Source: Nemertoderma westbladi
Lineage: Eukaryota; Animalia; Xenacoelomorpha
NCBI GenBank assembly: GCA_032718475.1
Contig: JAUCBJ010007482.1
Coordinates: 16,943 to 80,942 of the forward strand
Reading direction: 5' to 3'
Length of the DNA stretch: 64,000 nucleotides
Made by a program: the position numbers and the translations under genes. The notes beneath the pieces are model-generated. The model did not search any database and was not told where the DNA came from. It saw only the letters and a program-made list of their open reading frames with translations. Of this stretch, positions 26,301 to 38,039 are shown in pieces (the stretch's first letter is position 1; every line of letters starts with the position of its first letter).

Positions 26301-28885
26301 GAATTTGAAACAAATCTACAGCCAATATGTCGTTAAATGCTGAGCCAAGGGGAAGGGAAACAATTGGCTTTGCTGGAGGTTTTGAAATTTGCTTGCAGGT
26401 AGTACAGTTATCTATAGCCTTTCGAATATAATCATTATCACATTCAATGCCAGATTGTTTTATAAGTTTCTGTAAAGGAGAAAAACTAATATGACCGAAT
26501 TGCTTATGCAATTTCTGCACTTGAATGTACGATAATGTTTGCTTGGTATCACTATTAGTGAATACTTCTGCTTCAGTATGTTTCTGGACATAAATAACTT
26601 GATGACCACCATGAATACTCAACGAAATACTCTCTCCATTAATAACCAACATATTCTCTGCAATATGTAACACACTATTAAGACGGGATAAAGTAGCACA
26701 TGAAATAAGTAATGGAATGTGACTATCAATAATATCAACCATTATACTATAACAAGTTGATCCAAACCACAATGGAAGAATCACACTATATAGCTACCTT
26801 TATTTCACCACCTCCAAATCTAAACACAGTATTAGCATCAGAGTGTATTTGTGCTTGGACAACTGTGGATAAATCAATCTTAGTAAATGCTAGATAACTA
26901 TCTAACCAAGCTTCACATCCAACTGTGCGCGTACATCCAGTATCAATAATCATGAATGGAATAGAAGGTTCAACTATGTATGAAGCTTCAACTTCAAACT
27001 CAATACATACATCATTACCAGAGAAATCATCCACATCTCCAAATGAAACAGAATCACAAAATTTACATCTGGATACCTCACTCTTGTGTGGACAGGCAGC
27101 AGCAAAGTGCATGAATGAAGCACAGATATGACAGCGAGGCTTATTACGATGTGGGCAATAGGATGCCCAATGCATACTGGAAGAACAAATTCTACAAGGA
27201 TTCTTGATACTAGGCTGACCAAGCCCACTATGAGCCTCATTTACCTGACTCAGTTTCTGTGATGCAGGGTTAGCAGGTACCTGCATAGCAGCTGTTGTTG
27301 AAAACTTACGGTTGGGCCTGGCCCAGTAAGTGTCTGCCATATTTTCATATTGTTCAGGATCAGGATTGACAGTTCTTTCAGAAGGTTGACTGCAACTGCA
27401 AGAGCACTTGCAAAAGTTATTTCCAGTATAGAATGTGGGTTCAGTCTTTATTTGTGAAATATTTGGCTGCGTAAAAAGCATAGTTGGCTCCTCTTTAGAA
27501 TTTGAACAAACATTAGCAAACATCCTTAGAAGATTATCACGAACTTTATCTTGCTGTAGCTCAGTTGTTCCCAATATTAGTCGTTTCTCATATTCAGGAA
27601 GGTTTGCACAGTCAATAAGGCTGGCAGATATAACCTTATCGCTTAATTTAATGTCATATATCTCTAATCTCCTCAACCGTTGATCAAAATCAGAAATAAA
27701 TTCTCGCATATTTTGACCCGGTGGCCTATTAAATGATTTGAATTTTACAAAGCTCTCATAAGCTGATTCAACTGATGTTTGTTTAAATACCTTATCTAAA
27801 ACCTCAAGAACTTTACTGAGCCCATCATCATGATCCAATGTTTCAATGTCCAAATCTAGAACACGGTCCTTAGCTCTGCCCTTTAGTTTTCTAACAATTG
27901 CTAGCCCTCGTTTCTTTTTCCCCAAATCTGTAAGGCGAGCCCAAATATCTACTTCTTTCCGCCATTTCTCATAGTCAGTAACATTTGGTTCAAATTCAGG
28001 AGGCTCCTTGTAGCTTTTAATACTGCTATAATCGGCATCAGTTGCCATATCCCCTTTCAGGGTGTCCGTCCACCACGATTCTGAATAGATGAGTACCGGT
28101 AGTGCTCCCCTGATATCTGATATTCACACTACTGCACTAGTGCAGCAGTAAAAGTATATATCATACCCTCTACCTCGGTATATTCAGATATTAGTTGTTC
28201 AGCAGTTACGAATTACAGAATTGACCCACTGATGTAGAATCATGAATGTGTAGTGGTATACAGGCGCAGATGCTTCCAACTACCGGCAGACCGGTATGGT
28301 ATGTTCTATAAAAGCTGTAAGTTCTAAGCCTAATACTGAAATGATGTAACCAGTACCGGTACCAGTGACCAGTTGCCAGTAGGCTAATGCTTTTGCACTT
28401 GTGCTTGCCAGTTAGCCTAATGCAGTAATGACTTGAATGACTGAAGGATGTGATCTTTTTCCAACCTGTTACTGTGTTATTATATCTCTCCACTCCTGCA
28501 TGAATCTGTCTGTATCACGGATCACCATTTTCATTTTTGGGTTGACGCTCTGCTACCATTGTTAGTGTCCCAATGTTGCAATGGCGTATTGATAAATAAA
28601 CAACAAAGGTGCAATAGGTAGATATTATATTGCTAAGTTTGATTACAGTTTATTATAGTTATAAAGACACCAGACGAAGGGTTCAGCCCCAACTCCCGTA
28701 CCTATATTCCTACAACACTGAATCAACTGTCTGACAGTAGATCATACCTACTGCAGAACACACGACTGCACAACTACGTACAAGATCACTGAAACATATA
28801 TATTAACTGATATCCCTATTTTCAGTCTTTACCCAATCAGGCCTAGCCAAGCTAGATACTGTAAAGTATAAACCCGAGTCTAACA
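23335..28885 (-). mobile_element. Ty1/Copia LTR retrotransposon, GalEa-like, full length
   Basis: LTRs 23335-23659 and 28560-28885 (TG..CA, about 3 differences). TSD CAAAG. PBS TGGTAGCAGAGC (tRNA-Met type, 28547-28558). PPT AAAAGGTGGGAAG. Domain order gag-PR-IN-RT-RH. Confidence 0.95.
23817..28048 (-). pseudogene. Copia gag-pol polyprotein broken by about 3 frameshifts
   Basis: Two CCHC knuckles (CRICSSSMHWASYC, CHICASFMHFAAAC), PR IIDTGC, IN KLHKQFGH / SDNGGEF / NGIVERHN, RT KARLVARGF / VYGL / IHVDD, RH YSDASF / DNKSL / LADIMTK. Confidence 0.92.
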
Positions 28886-30677
28886 CAAAGAACAGATGCA
28901 CTTTGAGACCCCGACTGTATATTAAATCAACCGTAATAGAATGATACAGCCAATGGGAGGTAGGACATGTGTATAATGGCACTGATTGGGCGTTAAAACC
29001 CTCAGTAAAGCATGGCTTAACTGAAACAGGCAATATTATATAGTAACCAACTTTATCAATGAAAAATGGTGTATTGAGCTTAAAATTAGTAAAATAAGTA
29101 ATCTAAAAGGCTAAGTTCACACGTGCAGCAACATGGCTTATTGCTGGACGGAAAATAGTGTGTACTAAGCCTTTATGAATTAGAGATTAATGTAGTCTGG
29201 TAACATCATACTTGACGATCTGGACATGGTCCACGAGGAGGATGACGCTACGTTTTTTCGGAAGATTTGGGTACTATGACCTACACGATGCTGCGAATTT
29301 ATCCAAAATATCCCAGAATACACCAAAATACCCCATAACAATTCAAAAATACCTGATTAACAGTGAGCTGGAAAGGGAACGGAACAGGTTACAGTTTTTG
29401 GGGTATTTTCGAACTATTTTGGGGTCTTTTGGTATCTTTTGGGTTTTTTTTGGTAATTCGTAGGACCGAGAGCTTCTGCCTAAGAAATTCAAGGATACAG
29501 TGAAAACGTTTGTGACACTTTTTTCAAATAAAACAAATTGGATATAAAAATAACGTAACGTTATCGAATGAAGGGGGTGGGAATGTGGGACGATACTCCT
29601 TACCATGCTGGGCGGGGTGTATACAAAACATGATAGTGTAGTGTTTGCATTGTATATTTGATATGTATTATTGGACGTTTGTTATTCCTTATACACAATA
29701 TTTATGAATAATTTCATCGGTTGTCTCCTACAGCTACTAACATCTACATAAATTACTGTAACAAATACTGTAGTTCCCAACACCATGTACAGTACAGTAC
29801 TGTATGTATAAGTACAGGAGGCGTTAAAACATCGTAATTTCAAGCAGTCACTGATTGTTAAGCAATATGGACTACCAAGGGTAGTTCTTTTTACAGAACA
29901 CAAGCGAACACACAAGAACACACCCGAACACACTCCAAGAGCACAAAAAATAACACCGTGTACCAACTTTTAGATAAAATTAGCTATGCGTTGTTTTTCT
30001 ATAAGAAAATTTCCGAAATTATTGAATAAATTGTCGCGAAATTAAATAATCATTAAATATTCATTTCTTTATCAGGTAGGCCTATTATTTGTTGTGTACT
30101 GCTGTACTGTATAACAAACTATGTAGGGAAGCCTACCGGGTACAGTACCTGTCACATATATAGTACTGTAATAGCGGGTTAGCTAATAGGCCTGTTTGCC
30201 GGTACGTACTAAAAGGTAGAACGATCTATAACGGGCTATAACTTTCCTATAACAAGCTATAACCACCTATAACGAGCTATAATCTGAAAATTTACAATAA
30301 AAAAACCTATTTTAGAATGGATTTATTTTCCTAGACAGTAATTTATTACGCAATTTGGTTTTTTAGTCCATAATGCTTTTCATCTTTGTGGTCATCAGTC
30401 AGCGAAATCAGTCATTTACTGAATTAGTCAGCATGCCACTACTGCATTTTCTGACTATCAGACAGTGCCGCAGTGGAGAGGTCTCACATCTCTCTGTCTA
30501 TCCTCCATCCTGCTGCTATCCGCTGTCAGCTTCTGGTCGATTAGAATACAGGAATATAGTGAGCAATATAGGCCAATAAAATAAACTTACCAGTATCAAT
30601 TAGGCATCAGTATTTTTCAGACCACCGTGTTAATCCAAAACTTAAACACACCCAAGGGGCGTATTTTTAGTGTAAAT

Positions 30678-32638
30678 TGTTGGATGGAAAGGTGTAAAGG
30701 TTCTGACAAACTGTTTTATTATCTTCTCTCTAGTGGTATATAAATGAAACTGTAAGTGAGATTAGTAGATATATTTACATGTGCCATCCTGCGGTTGATA
30801 TTAGTATTTGTATTAGTCTAACAATACCCCCTCGCATTGAATGATACTTGCACTAACGTAACGCTACGTTTGTATAACACACTCATGCAAATATATCTCG
30901 CGTAATTATTTAATAATATATATATCTAAATATGTATAGTGTATTGTTTTCCACTTCTTAAAGTTTTTGTAACCGTATTAGTTCGTGGTGGATGATCTGT
31001 GTTCTGCGATACGGGTTGTATTATTTCTTCCCTTTCTCCTTCTCGACGTTGATGTGTCATTCCTTCTTGTAATCGACTTAATCTTGGTTGTCTATTTGTA
31101 GATGGAGGATCAATTCTGGCGCATTCTCTATTTTCACTGTAACATAAATTACGCATCGTATTTACGCAATCCCTTTGCAAAATCCTCGTAATTTTGATGT
31201 ACATTCATGTAATTGTTCATTGCTGAATTTGTTTTTGTATATTTCGTATGATATGGCACTGTGTTTTGCCCCTGGATCAAATTCCATTGTAAGAGGTATT
31301 TCATTAATTCGTGTTTGTAATACGATCGAATCCACTTTTGGAAGCTGTACTTTATCTATGGTATGTGGATCGCTTATTTCCGTACTTTGCAAATATATGT
31401 TATCGTTGTTTCCTTCATTGTATCTCCCATAACATTCTCAATGTCTACAGCATGGGATGTAGGTTTTTTGTCCTGAAAGCGAACACTTTTAGTCTTTTGT
31501 TTTTTAATGCACGCTTTTTCTACATGACCTTTTATGTTGCAAAATGAGCAAACAATGTTAGGATTTAGTCGACAATGGTTTGATTTGTGTCCTTGTTTCC
31601 CACACCGATAACATGTTATAGAATATTGATTGCAATTTTCGGTAGATTTGTAAGGTTTATATGAAGGAGATCTTACCTTTGTATGGCGATATTTATCTTT
31701 TGGAAATCCTGAACTTTGTGTAGTGACGCGAAACGTGTCAAATTCTGGTTTCCTACCTGATTGTGCCACTTTATATGCCTCTTCATAATTTTTTGCTGTA
31801 CAGTAACCAAAGCTTCTGAAAATGAAATGTCTTTCGCGTGTATTAGTTCTGCTGCAACATGTTCGTCTCGTACCCCGGCAATTAGTTGTTCTCGTAAACG
31901 GTCATCTAATGCTTCTTGAAATTCGCAATTTCTTGAAATATTTCTTAGACGTTTGGCGAAATCCGTGATGTTTTCTCCCGATGTCTCAGTCGCTTGTATG
32001 AATCGTTTTCTTTCGACTTCTTTTGATTTACCTTTTCTGAAATATTTTGTAAGTGATTTTTCTAAATTTTCGAATGGTTCTTTAGAAATGTCTGCTGGAA
32101 ACATCAAATCAGATAGTAAATCTAAAGTTTGTAAACCACAATTGGCGATGAACATGTTTGTTTCAGCCTGTAATATTTCGTTCGGTTCCATTAAATTTCC
32201 ATCGGCTCTTCTCCATGTAGTTGTACGTAGAATTGTATTGAACATTAATAGATAAGTGTCCCATCTATCTGAATCTGGATTAAATGCCTTGCAAATGTTT
32301 GTAAATTTAGTTCCCATTGCAGGTGCATTTGCCATTCTCGTAAGTTTGTACCGTAATTTGAGTTTGAGTTACACAATCACAATTAATTATCAAAGTTAAT
32401 TTGATTTGTAAGATTTCAAATTGTAATTTGAAATTAAATTATGTAATTAATATATGTAAAATGTGAATGTGAATCTGTACTCGCAGCGCCAATGTTGGAT
32501 GGAAAGGTGTAAAGGTTCTGACAAACTGTTTTATTATCTTCTCTCTAGTGGTATATAAATGAAACTGTAAGTGAGATTAGTAGATATATTTAGATGCGAC
32601 ATCCTGCGGTTGATATTAGTATTTGTATTAGTCTAACA
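30678..32638 (-). mobile_element. Small non-autonomous Ty3/Gypsy (Mag-like) LTR element, gag + protease only
   Basis: 146-bp LTRs 30678-30823 and 32493-32638. TSD TAAAT. PBS TGGCGCTGCGAG (32480-32491). PPT GAGGGGG. Confidence 0.92.
30926..32335 (-). pseudogene. gag: Gag (two CCHC knuckles) plus degenerate aspartic protease, frameshifted
   Basis: FNPDSDRWDTYL, ERKRF, LREQLIAGVRD, CYRCGKQGHKSNHC / CSFCNIKGHVEKAC, MEFDPGAKHSAIS, terminal LRSGKQY. No RT, RH or IN core. Confidence 0.85.
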
Positions 32639-33622
32639 TAAATTTTCATATTATAGCTCGTTATAGGTGATTATAGCTTGTTCATAGGAAGTTGTTATAG
32701 CCCAATATAGATCGTTATAGCCCGTTATAGATCGCTCTACCTTTTAGTACGTACCCTGCTTGCCTGTGTACTGGAATAGCTTGGTCTGGAACTGATTGCT
32801 GAGGATATGAATTAGGATGTTAGGCCCGCTACCGTACGTACTGTACATGACGTACGGTACAACATACAGTAGGTACCGATACCTGTACCTACTGTACCTG
32901 CCTACTGCTGCACTGGAATATAAAGAGCTGGGTCCAGGTTAGGTACCTACACTGGCAGAGTGGCAGGTACCGGTAGGGATCTCTGTCCCGGTGCTAATCA
33001 TTAACTTAGGCCTACTACTACTGTATGTTAAATTATTAGTTGTCGGCTTAGGCTAGGCCTGATCTGATAAGAAATGAATATTTAATTTCGCGATGATTTT
33101 ATTCAATAATTTCGGGAATTTTCTTATAGAAAAGCAACGCGTGGCTAATTTTATCTAAAAGTTGGTACCTGGTGTTATTTTTTTGTGAAATTAACAAATT
33201 TTGAATGATTTGGCACAGGCATAGTGAAATTAACTGTCCGACAGTCCAGAAATCAACAAATTTTGAATGTTTTGGCATAGGCATGTTGAAATCAACTGTC
33301 TGACAGTCCAGAAATCAGCAGTCTGACAGTTTGAAGAAATACATACCTAAAAAGTCATTAAAGGGACAACAAAAGTCATTATGCACAATTCGTAAAAAAA
33401 AGGCGGACAAAAAAGTCAAATAAATGGACGTAAAATATCTCTGCCAAGTTTTATTGCGTCCAGTCTCCCCCACTATCTGGCATAATCTTGTGCTTAGTCG
33501 GCCTTATAGTGGACAACCCATGACTTTCTTGTGACGCATCTTAAAGGAAACTGGCCATGAAGATGCGGATGATCTAGCAATGTCATGGGTGATATGGAGT
33601 TGTGGGCGATGTTTTGATGTTA

Positions 33623-34003
33623 GGACAATTGCAAACTGGACAATTGCGACACGGACAATTGCGACCCGGACAATTGCGACCCGGACAATTGCGACCCATG
33701 ATTTTGGGAAAAAATGATGGGTCGCAATTGACCGGGTCGCAATTGTCCGGTTCGCAATTGACCAGGTCGCGATTGTCCGGGTCGCAATTGTCCGTATCCA
33801 GATAAAAAGATGTAATGTATATCATTGATAAATATCATTGTATCATTGTATATCATTGACAATTGCGACCCGACAATTGCGACCCGGACAATTGCGACCT
33901 GGAAAATTGCGATCCATAATTTTTATTTATAAACATGGGTCGCAATTGACCGGGTCGCAATTGTCCGGGTTGCAATTGTCCGGGTCGCAATTTTCCGGAC
34001 TCC
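33623..34003. repeat. Two adjacent foldback cassettes of 15-bp repeats (MITE remnants)
   Basis: (GGACAATTGCGACCC)n facing (GGGTCGCAATTGTCC)n at 33623-33797 and 33857-34003. Confidence 0.85.
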
Positions 34004-34043
34004 CGCAATTTTGTCTACAAGCCGGCACAGTATTCTTAATATA

Positions 34044-34731
34044 CAGTACAGGCCACCAGAAAAAGCAGATTTCATCCAATGTGATCACATGTGAACACAT
34101 TTGTTCAAGTCATCTGATTGGCAGGTTATGGCGAGTTATCTAGCTAACTTGCTGGGACCGACAAAGGCTTAGTGTGCGGTGCGCCTGTATGTCTGATATC
34201 AGGTAGATGAGAGAGCCCACAGGGCGTAACATTGCAGACATGGGCTGTATTGGTAGAGAGAGAACTACATACAAGACCACATGGAGGTTCATGGAGTGTA
34301 TGGGAGTGGATGGGTATATGGATGAACGAGCCTAGACATTGAATAATTAATTTAGTGCAGGGAGATGTCGCGCCATTAGTCTGACACCGAGAGGGCACAG
34401 AGAAACACCAGAAGATGGCTTAACATCACTAACTATAGGCCTGCCTACTAGACACTATTAACCGCACACTATAAAGGTAAACAAAATCCTTATCGCATTT
34501 CCAGCTGCAGTGAGTGACAGTTTGCGGCAAACTACAGAGAGTTTCCAGATTACTAAGCGTTTCAAAAGTATTCAATTGTATCCTTTGGCGAAAAAATTTT
34601 GGTTGTTGCCAATTCAATTATGTTCAATTATGTTCAATTGTCCCGTTCAACAACATTACATTACACTGGTACACATTTGATAAAATGTGTTCACAATTGT
34701 ACAAATCTGCGTTTTCTGGTGGCCTGTACTG
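34044..34731. mobile_element. 688-bp MITE with TA TSD (Tc1/mariner/pogo-like)
   Basis: TA|CAGTACAGGCCACCAGAAAA.GCAGATTT...AAATCTGCGTTTTCTGGTGGCCTGTACTG|TA. A second copy starts at 63894. Confidence 0.9.
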
Positions 34732-36587
34732 TATGTAATATATTTATTTATATATAATGCAGCTGCAATGAAGCATACCGATCATAGTAGCAGTATCAAC
34801 TCTAAACTCAATTAAGCCTACAGCGTGTTTTATCGGATCCCTAAAACCATATCCCATAGACTGCACTGGGCCAAAATTATAGGCAACAATTGTTTTCTCT
34901 CAGATTTGTATATAAGTTACACATATTGTTCCATTTTGCTAAACAAGTAATCATGACAAATTTTTGGAAAATTCATTGCCATCTTAAGGTAGCACAAGCA
35001 CCTTAAACATTTCGCACCAAAGCGACACTGTGCGTGACAGCCTCATAAACTCAATTTTCGTGTTGACCAACTTGTACCCGTACATGTAGAATACTAATCT
35101 TAGGCTCATTTGAACCGCAATGATGGACTTAATAGGTGTATATTAGGGCGGTGCGTTTTTTATTTTTTTTAGATTTCATTGTTCTACAGTACAGGTGCAC
35201 AAAAGTTGCCAAATGGTAAATAACTTATTTATTTATTATTTTTTATTTATTATTATTATTTATTTATTATTATTTATTATTACTCCTTTATTATTAATTA
35301 TCATCAGAACCACTTACTAAGCGCTTTCTTATTGGTGGAATATTCAAATATATTAATAGTCCAATCAGATAGCTTGAAATTAGGATGTTAGTAGTAGGGT
35401 CTTGGGCGGCTCGGTGACAGTTAGACCTCACTGACACCCATTGGGTGTCATATGACACTCTATTATCACCCATAGGGTGTCATTGGGTGTCATTGGCGCC
35501 AGACTGTCTGGGTGACACCTCCCAATTAGACTAATTAGACCCTAATTGACAGGTGTCATCAATTAATTTGTACAATTAAACCCTAATAGGTGTCTTACGA
35601 CTCCTAATTAGGGTTTAATTGATTATCCTATTTAATCAGACTGATTAGCGCCCTGACACACAATGGGTCATCAGTGGTGTCTAACTGTCACCTAGAGGAC
35701 CAAGAGGGTGTCATAAGTGACACCGCGGCTCTTTTATTTATTAATACCTATTTATTTGTATTTAATTTTAATTTATTTATTTGTATTTTTTTAATTGTAC
35801 TTTATTTTAGATTTACCAATAATTAGTTTTATATATTGGTTTCTATATGACCTCATTGACTTTCATCTCGTTATACTTAGACATAGGGTATACAGCTCCC
35901 TTACTGGTAACTAATTACTCTTATCTATATCCAGACAGCTTTATCGTTGACCTTTGACCCCCAATTAGCTTTAACCAAGCAACAGCTTATTAATAATAGT
36001 TGTATCCAAGCGCTCCGCCCCCCTCTCGTGACACCTCTGATTACTAATTACTCTTACATATATCCAGCCGTCTGCAGTTCCATAGTCTGCCGTTAGAGGG
36101 CATATTATCTGTAAATTAACATCTTCTCTAACTTTGTTATTTTAATTTCGAATAGGTTTAAACTCGGTAGGCATCTACTACGGTATAGGCCATATCTTTG
36201 GCGGAGTCATAGAGTAGTCTGAAGTTCCACTGTCTGCCGCTAGAGGGCGTATTATTTGAAAATTAACATATTCTCTAGCTTTGTTATTTACAACCCGCAA
36301 AACTATGAAGTTATATTGCTTAAGAGTTCTAAGGGGCGAGCCATGAGGCAAGATGTTTGAGACTTATTTAGATATATTATTACTTAATTTTAACCCCCCA
36401 GTCGGTATCTATTACAATATGGGCTATATATTTTATATGTTTTACGGAGTCACAGAGTAGTCTGAAGTTCCTCAGTCTGCTACTAGAAGGCGAAATGTCT
36501 CAAAGTGAAAACCATATGGTAGCCATGAATTGGTTACTAGGCAATAATACTGCATTTTGAAACGTTAGGCCTATTGCTGACCGAACG

Positions 36588-36669
36588 AAAACTGCCCTGG
36601 TTCATGAAGGGATCGAACCCATGACATACGGGAGATGTGAATTCAACGCAACCATTACACCAAGGTGGA
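36588..36669 (-). ncRNA. tRNA-like Pol III unit in the left Maverick TIR (putative)
   Basis: On minus: A-box TGGTGTAATGG, B-box GGTTCGATCCC at tRNA spacing, TTTT terminator. No complete cloverleaf. Confidence 0.5.
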
Positions 36670-36723
36670 ACAGTAACCTTCGTTCGTTGACATTCGGATT
36701 TGTAAGACTCTCATTTAAGACCT

Positions 36724-37976
36724 TGTAAAAGCGTCTGTGGGATATAACTGGCCCTTTTGCTTCGCAATCCAGTTTCCCCCCTAGGCGCTGGAATACTCTA
36801 AAAGACTCTCTAACTATATATAATTTCCCCTCGCCCGCAAGGTACCGTTATAGGTGTTTTAACGGACATAAAAGTCATTCTGCTATATACGTGTTTTGGC
36901 GGACATGGTAAGGCAAAAAACCTGCAATGCACCAAATACCTTTACACAGCTTAGCCTTGATGATTCATATTACGACATCTAACAGCTGGTTGCTGACATG
37001 GGAACAGCCATTGGACACATGGTTCTTTGTTTAGCTTAAGCCAATCAGAGCGATTTTTTCTGTCGATGTGGAGGTATTCGGCCGATCATACTGGGAGTGT
37101 TCAGTCTTACTGTTTTTTTTCTTGATACTTTGTGTTGTTGCTATCTAGGCCAGGAACACCGGCTCTAGAGTCAATTCGTTTTCATACTTTAGAAGAAACA
37201 TTAGTAGGCTTAAATTATAGAGCGTATAACTGTTATCTTGTCACAACATATCATTCATATCATATCTTAACCTACCGTCTTAATGCTTTTACTGTTGTCA
37301 TATTTTGTATTAGTTGGTCGAATATTATTTGGAGAACATATATAAAGAACCCAAATTTCCCAATTTTCTTGATACACTACAGGTTAGAGAGACGGGTTAT
37401 ATATAGCGATTGCGACTTATATTGTTGTGGTTTGTAGTGAATTTAATGCTATTTGGTAAGCACTACATGATTCATTGCTGTTCTCTTTATATATGATAAA
37501 ATTCATTGACGGTCGGCAAATTAGTGAGCAGTATTGTGTGTTACCGGTAGTGTGCATGATTGTGACTGATAACTAAGCATTTCCTAAAGAATGCGCCTCA
37601 TACGTGAATCATAAGCCTTACCGACTTACCGTTGTGATTAGTATAAGTCATATCTCTGTTTACCTAGATAGAGCGCCACGTCCTAAAGGAACTGTTAATA
37701 TTTCCCGAAAGTAAATAATATTAGTCAGAAATTAATTATTAACGATCAATCGAATAATACAATCCAGTAAGCTTACACTACAATAATAATCTAAGCCCTC
37801 AGAATCCAGTCTCCCGGGTATATCCAGCGGGTGAATGGACGCGCACTAGGCTGGCTTCTGCTAATGTTGTGTTTATTGGTATTAAATATTTGTCATCTTC
37901 TAAAGTCTATTTATAAACCAAAAGACATATAAATTTTGGCAGGTTAAACTGCTAAAGGTCTTCAAAAGCGCGTACA
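36724..37976 (+). repeat. 5' LTR (1253 bp)
   Basis: Direct repeat of 52849-54107 with a few substitutions and one 6-bp indel. CCAAT box at ~37042 and TCAGT initiator-like motif at ~37101. Confidence 0.95.
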
Positions 37977-38039
37977 ATAACAGTTATTGACTTTATTGCA
38001 GTAAGCAATAAAGTTGAAAGTACCGGTCGACCGGTAAAC

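Larger units (their letters stand above)
21279..28917. mobile_element. Non-autonomous TIR element with TA target duplication (Tc1/mariner-like), ~2.1 kb net, right TIR split by the Copia insertion
   Basis: TA|CAGTCGGGGTCTCAAAGTGCATCTGTTCTTTGAGATTTTCTCAAAG at left. The right TIR reassembles as CTTTGAGAAAATCTCAAAG + AACAGATGCACTTTGAGACCCCGACTG|TA once 23335-28890 is removed. Confidence 0.88.
30201..32755. mobile_element. Mutator-like MITE (~0.59 kb net) hosting the small Gypsy derivative
   Basis: TIR GGTACGTACTAAAAGGTAGA.CGATCTATAACGGGCTATAA with CTATAAC subrepeats. 9-bp flanks CTGTTTGCC / CTGCTTGCC. Confidence 0.82.
29942..33187. mobile_element. Non-autonomous TIR element with ~125-bp TIRs and CAC...GTG termini (outer layer of a nest)
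   Basis: 29942-30075 is the reverse complement of 33064-33187 (CACAAAAAATAACACC..GTACCAACTTTTAGATAAAATTAGC..). No clear TSD. Confidence 0.75.

Noticed and set aside
33583-34143. ORFs with GQLRP / NCDP / SQLSG pentapeptide repeats
   Set aside because: Translations of 15-bp foldback repeats, open on both strands.
37132-37437. Identical 101-aa ORFs at 37132 and 53263
   Set aside because: Identical only because they lie in the two LTRs; non-ATG start and no motif.
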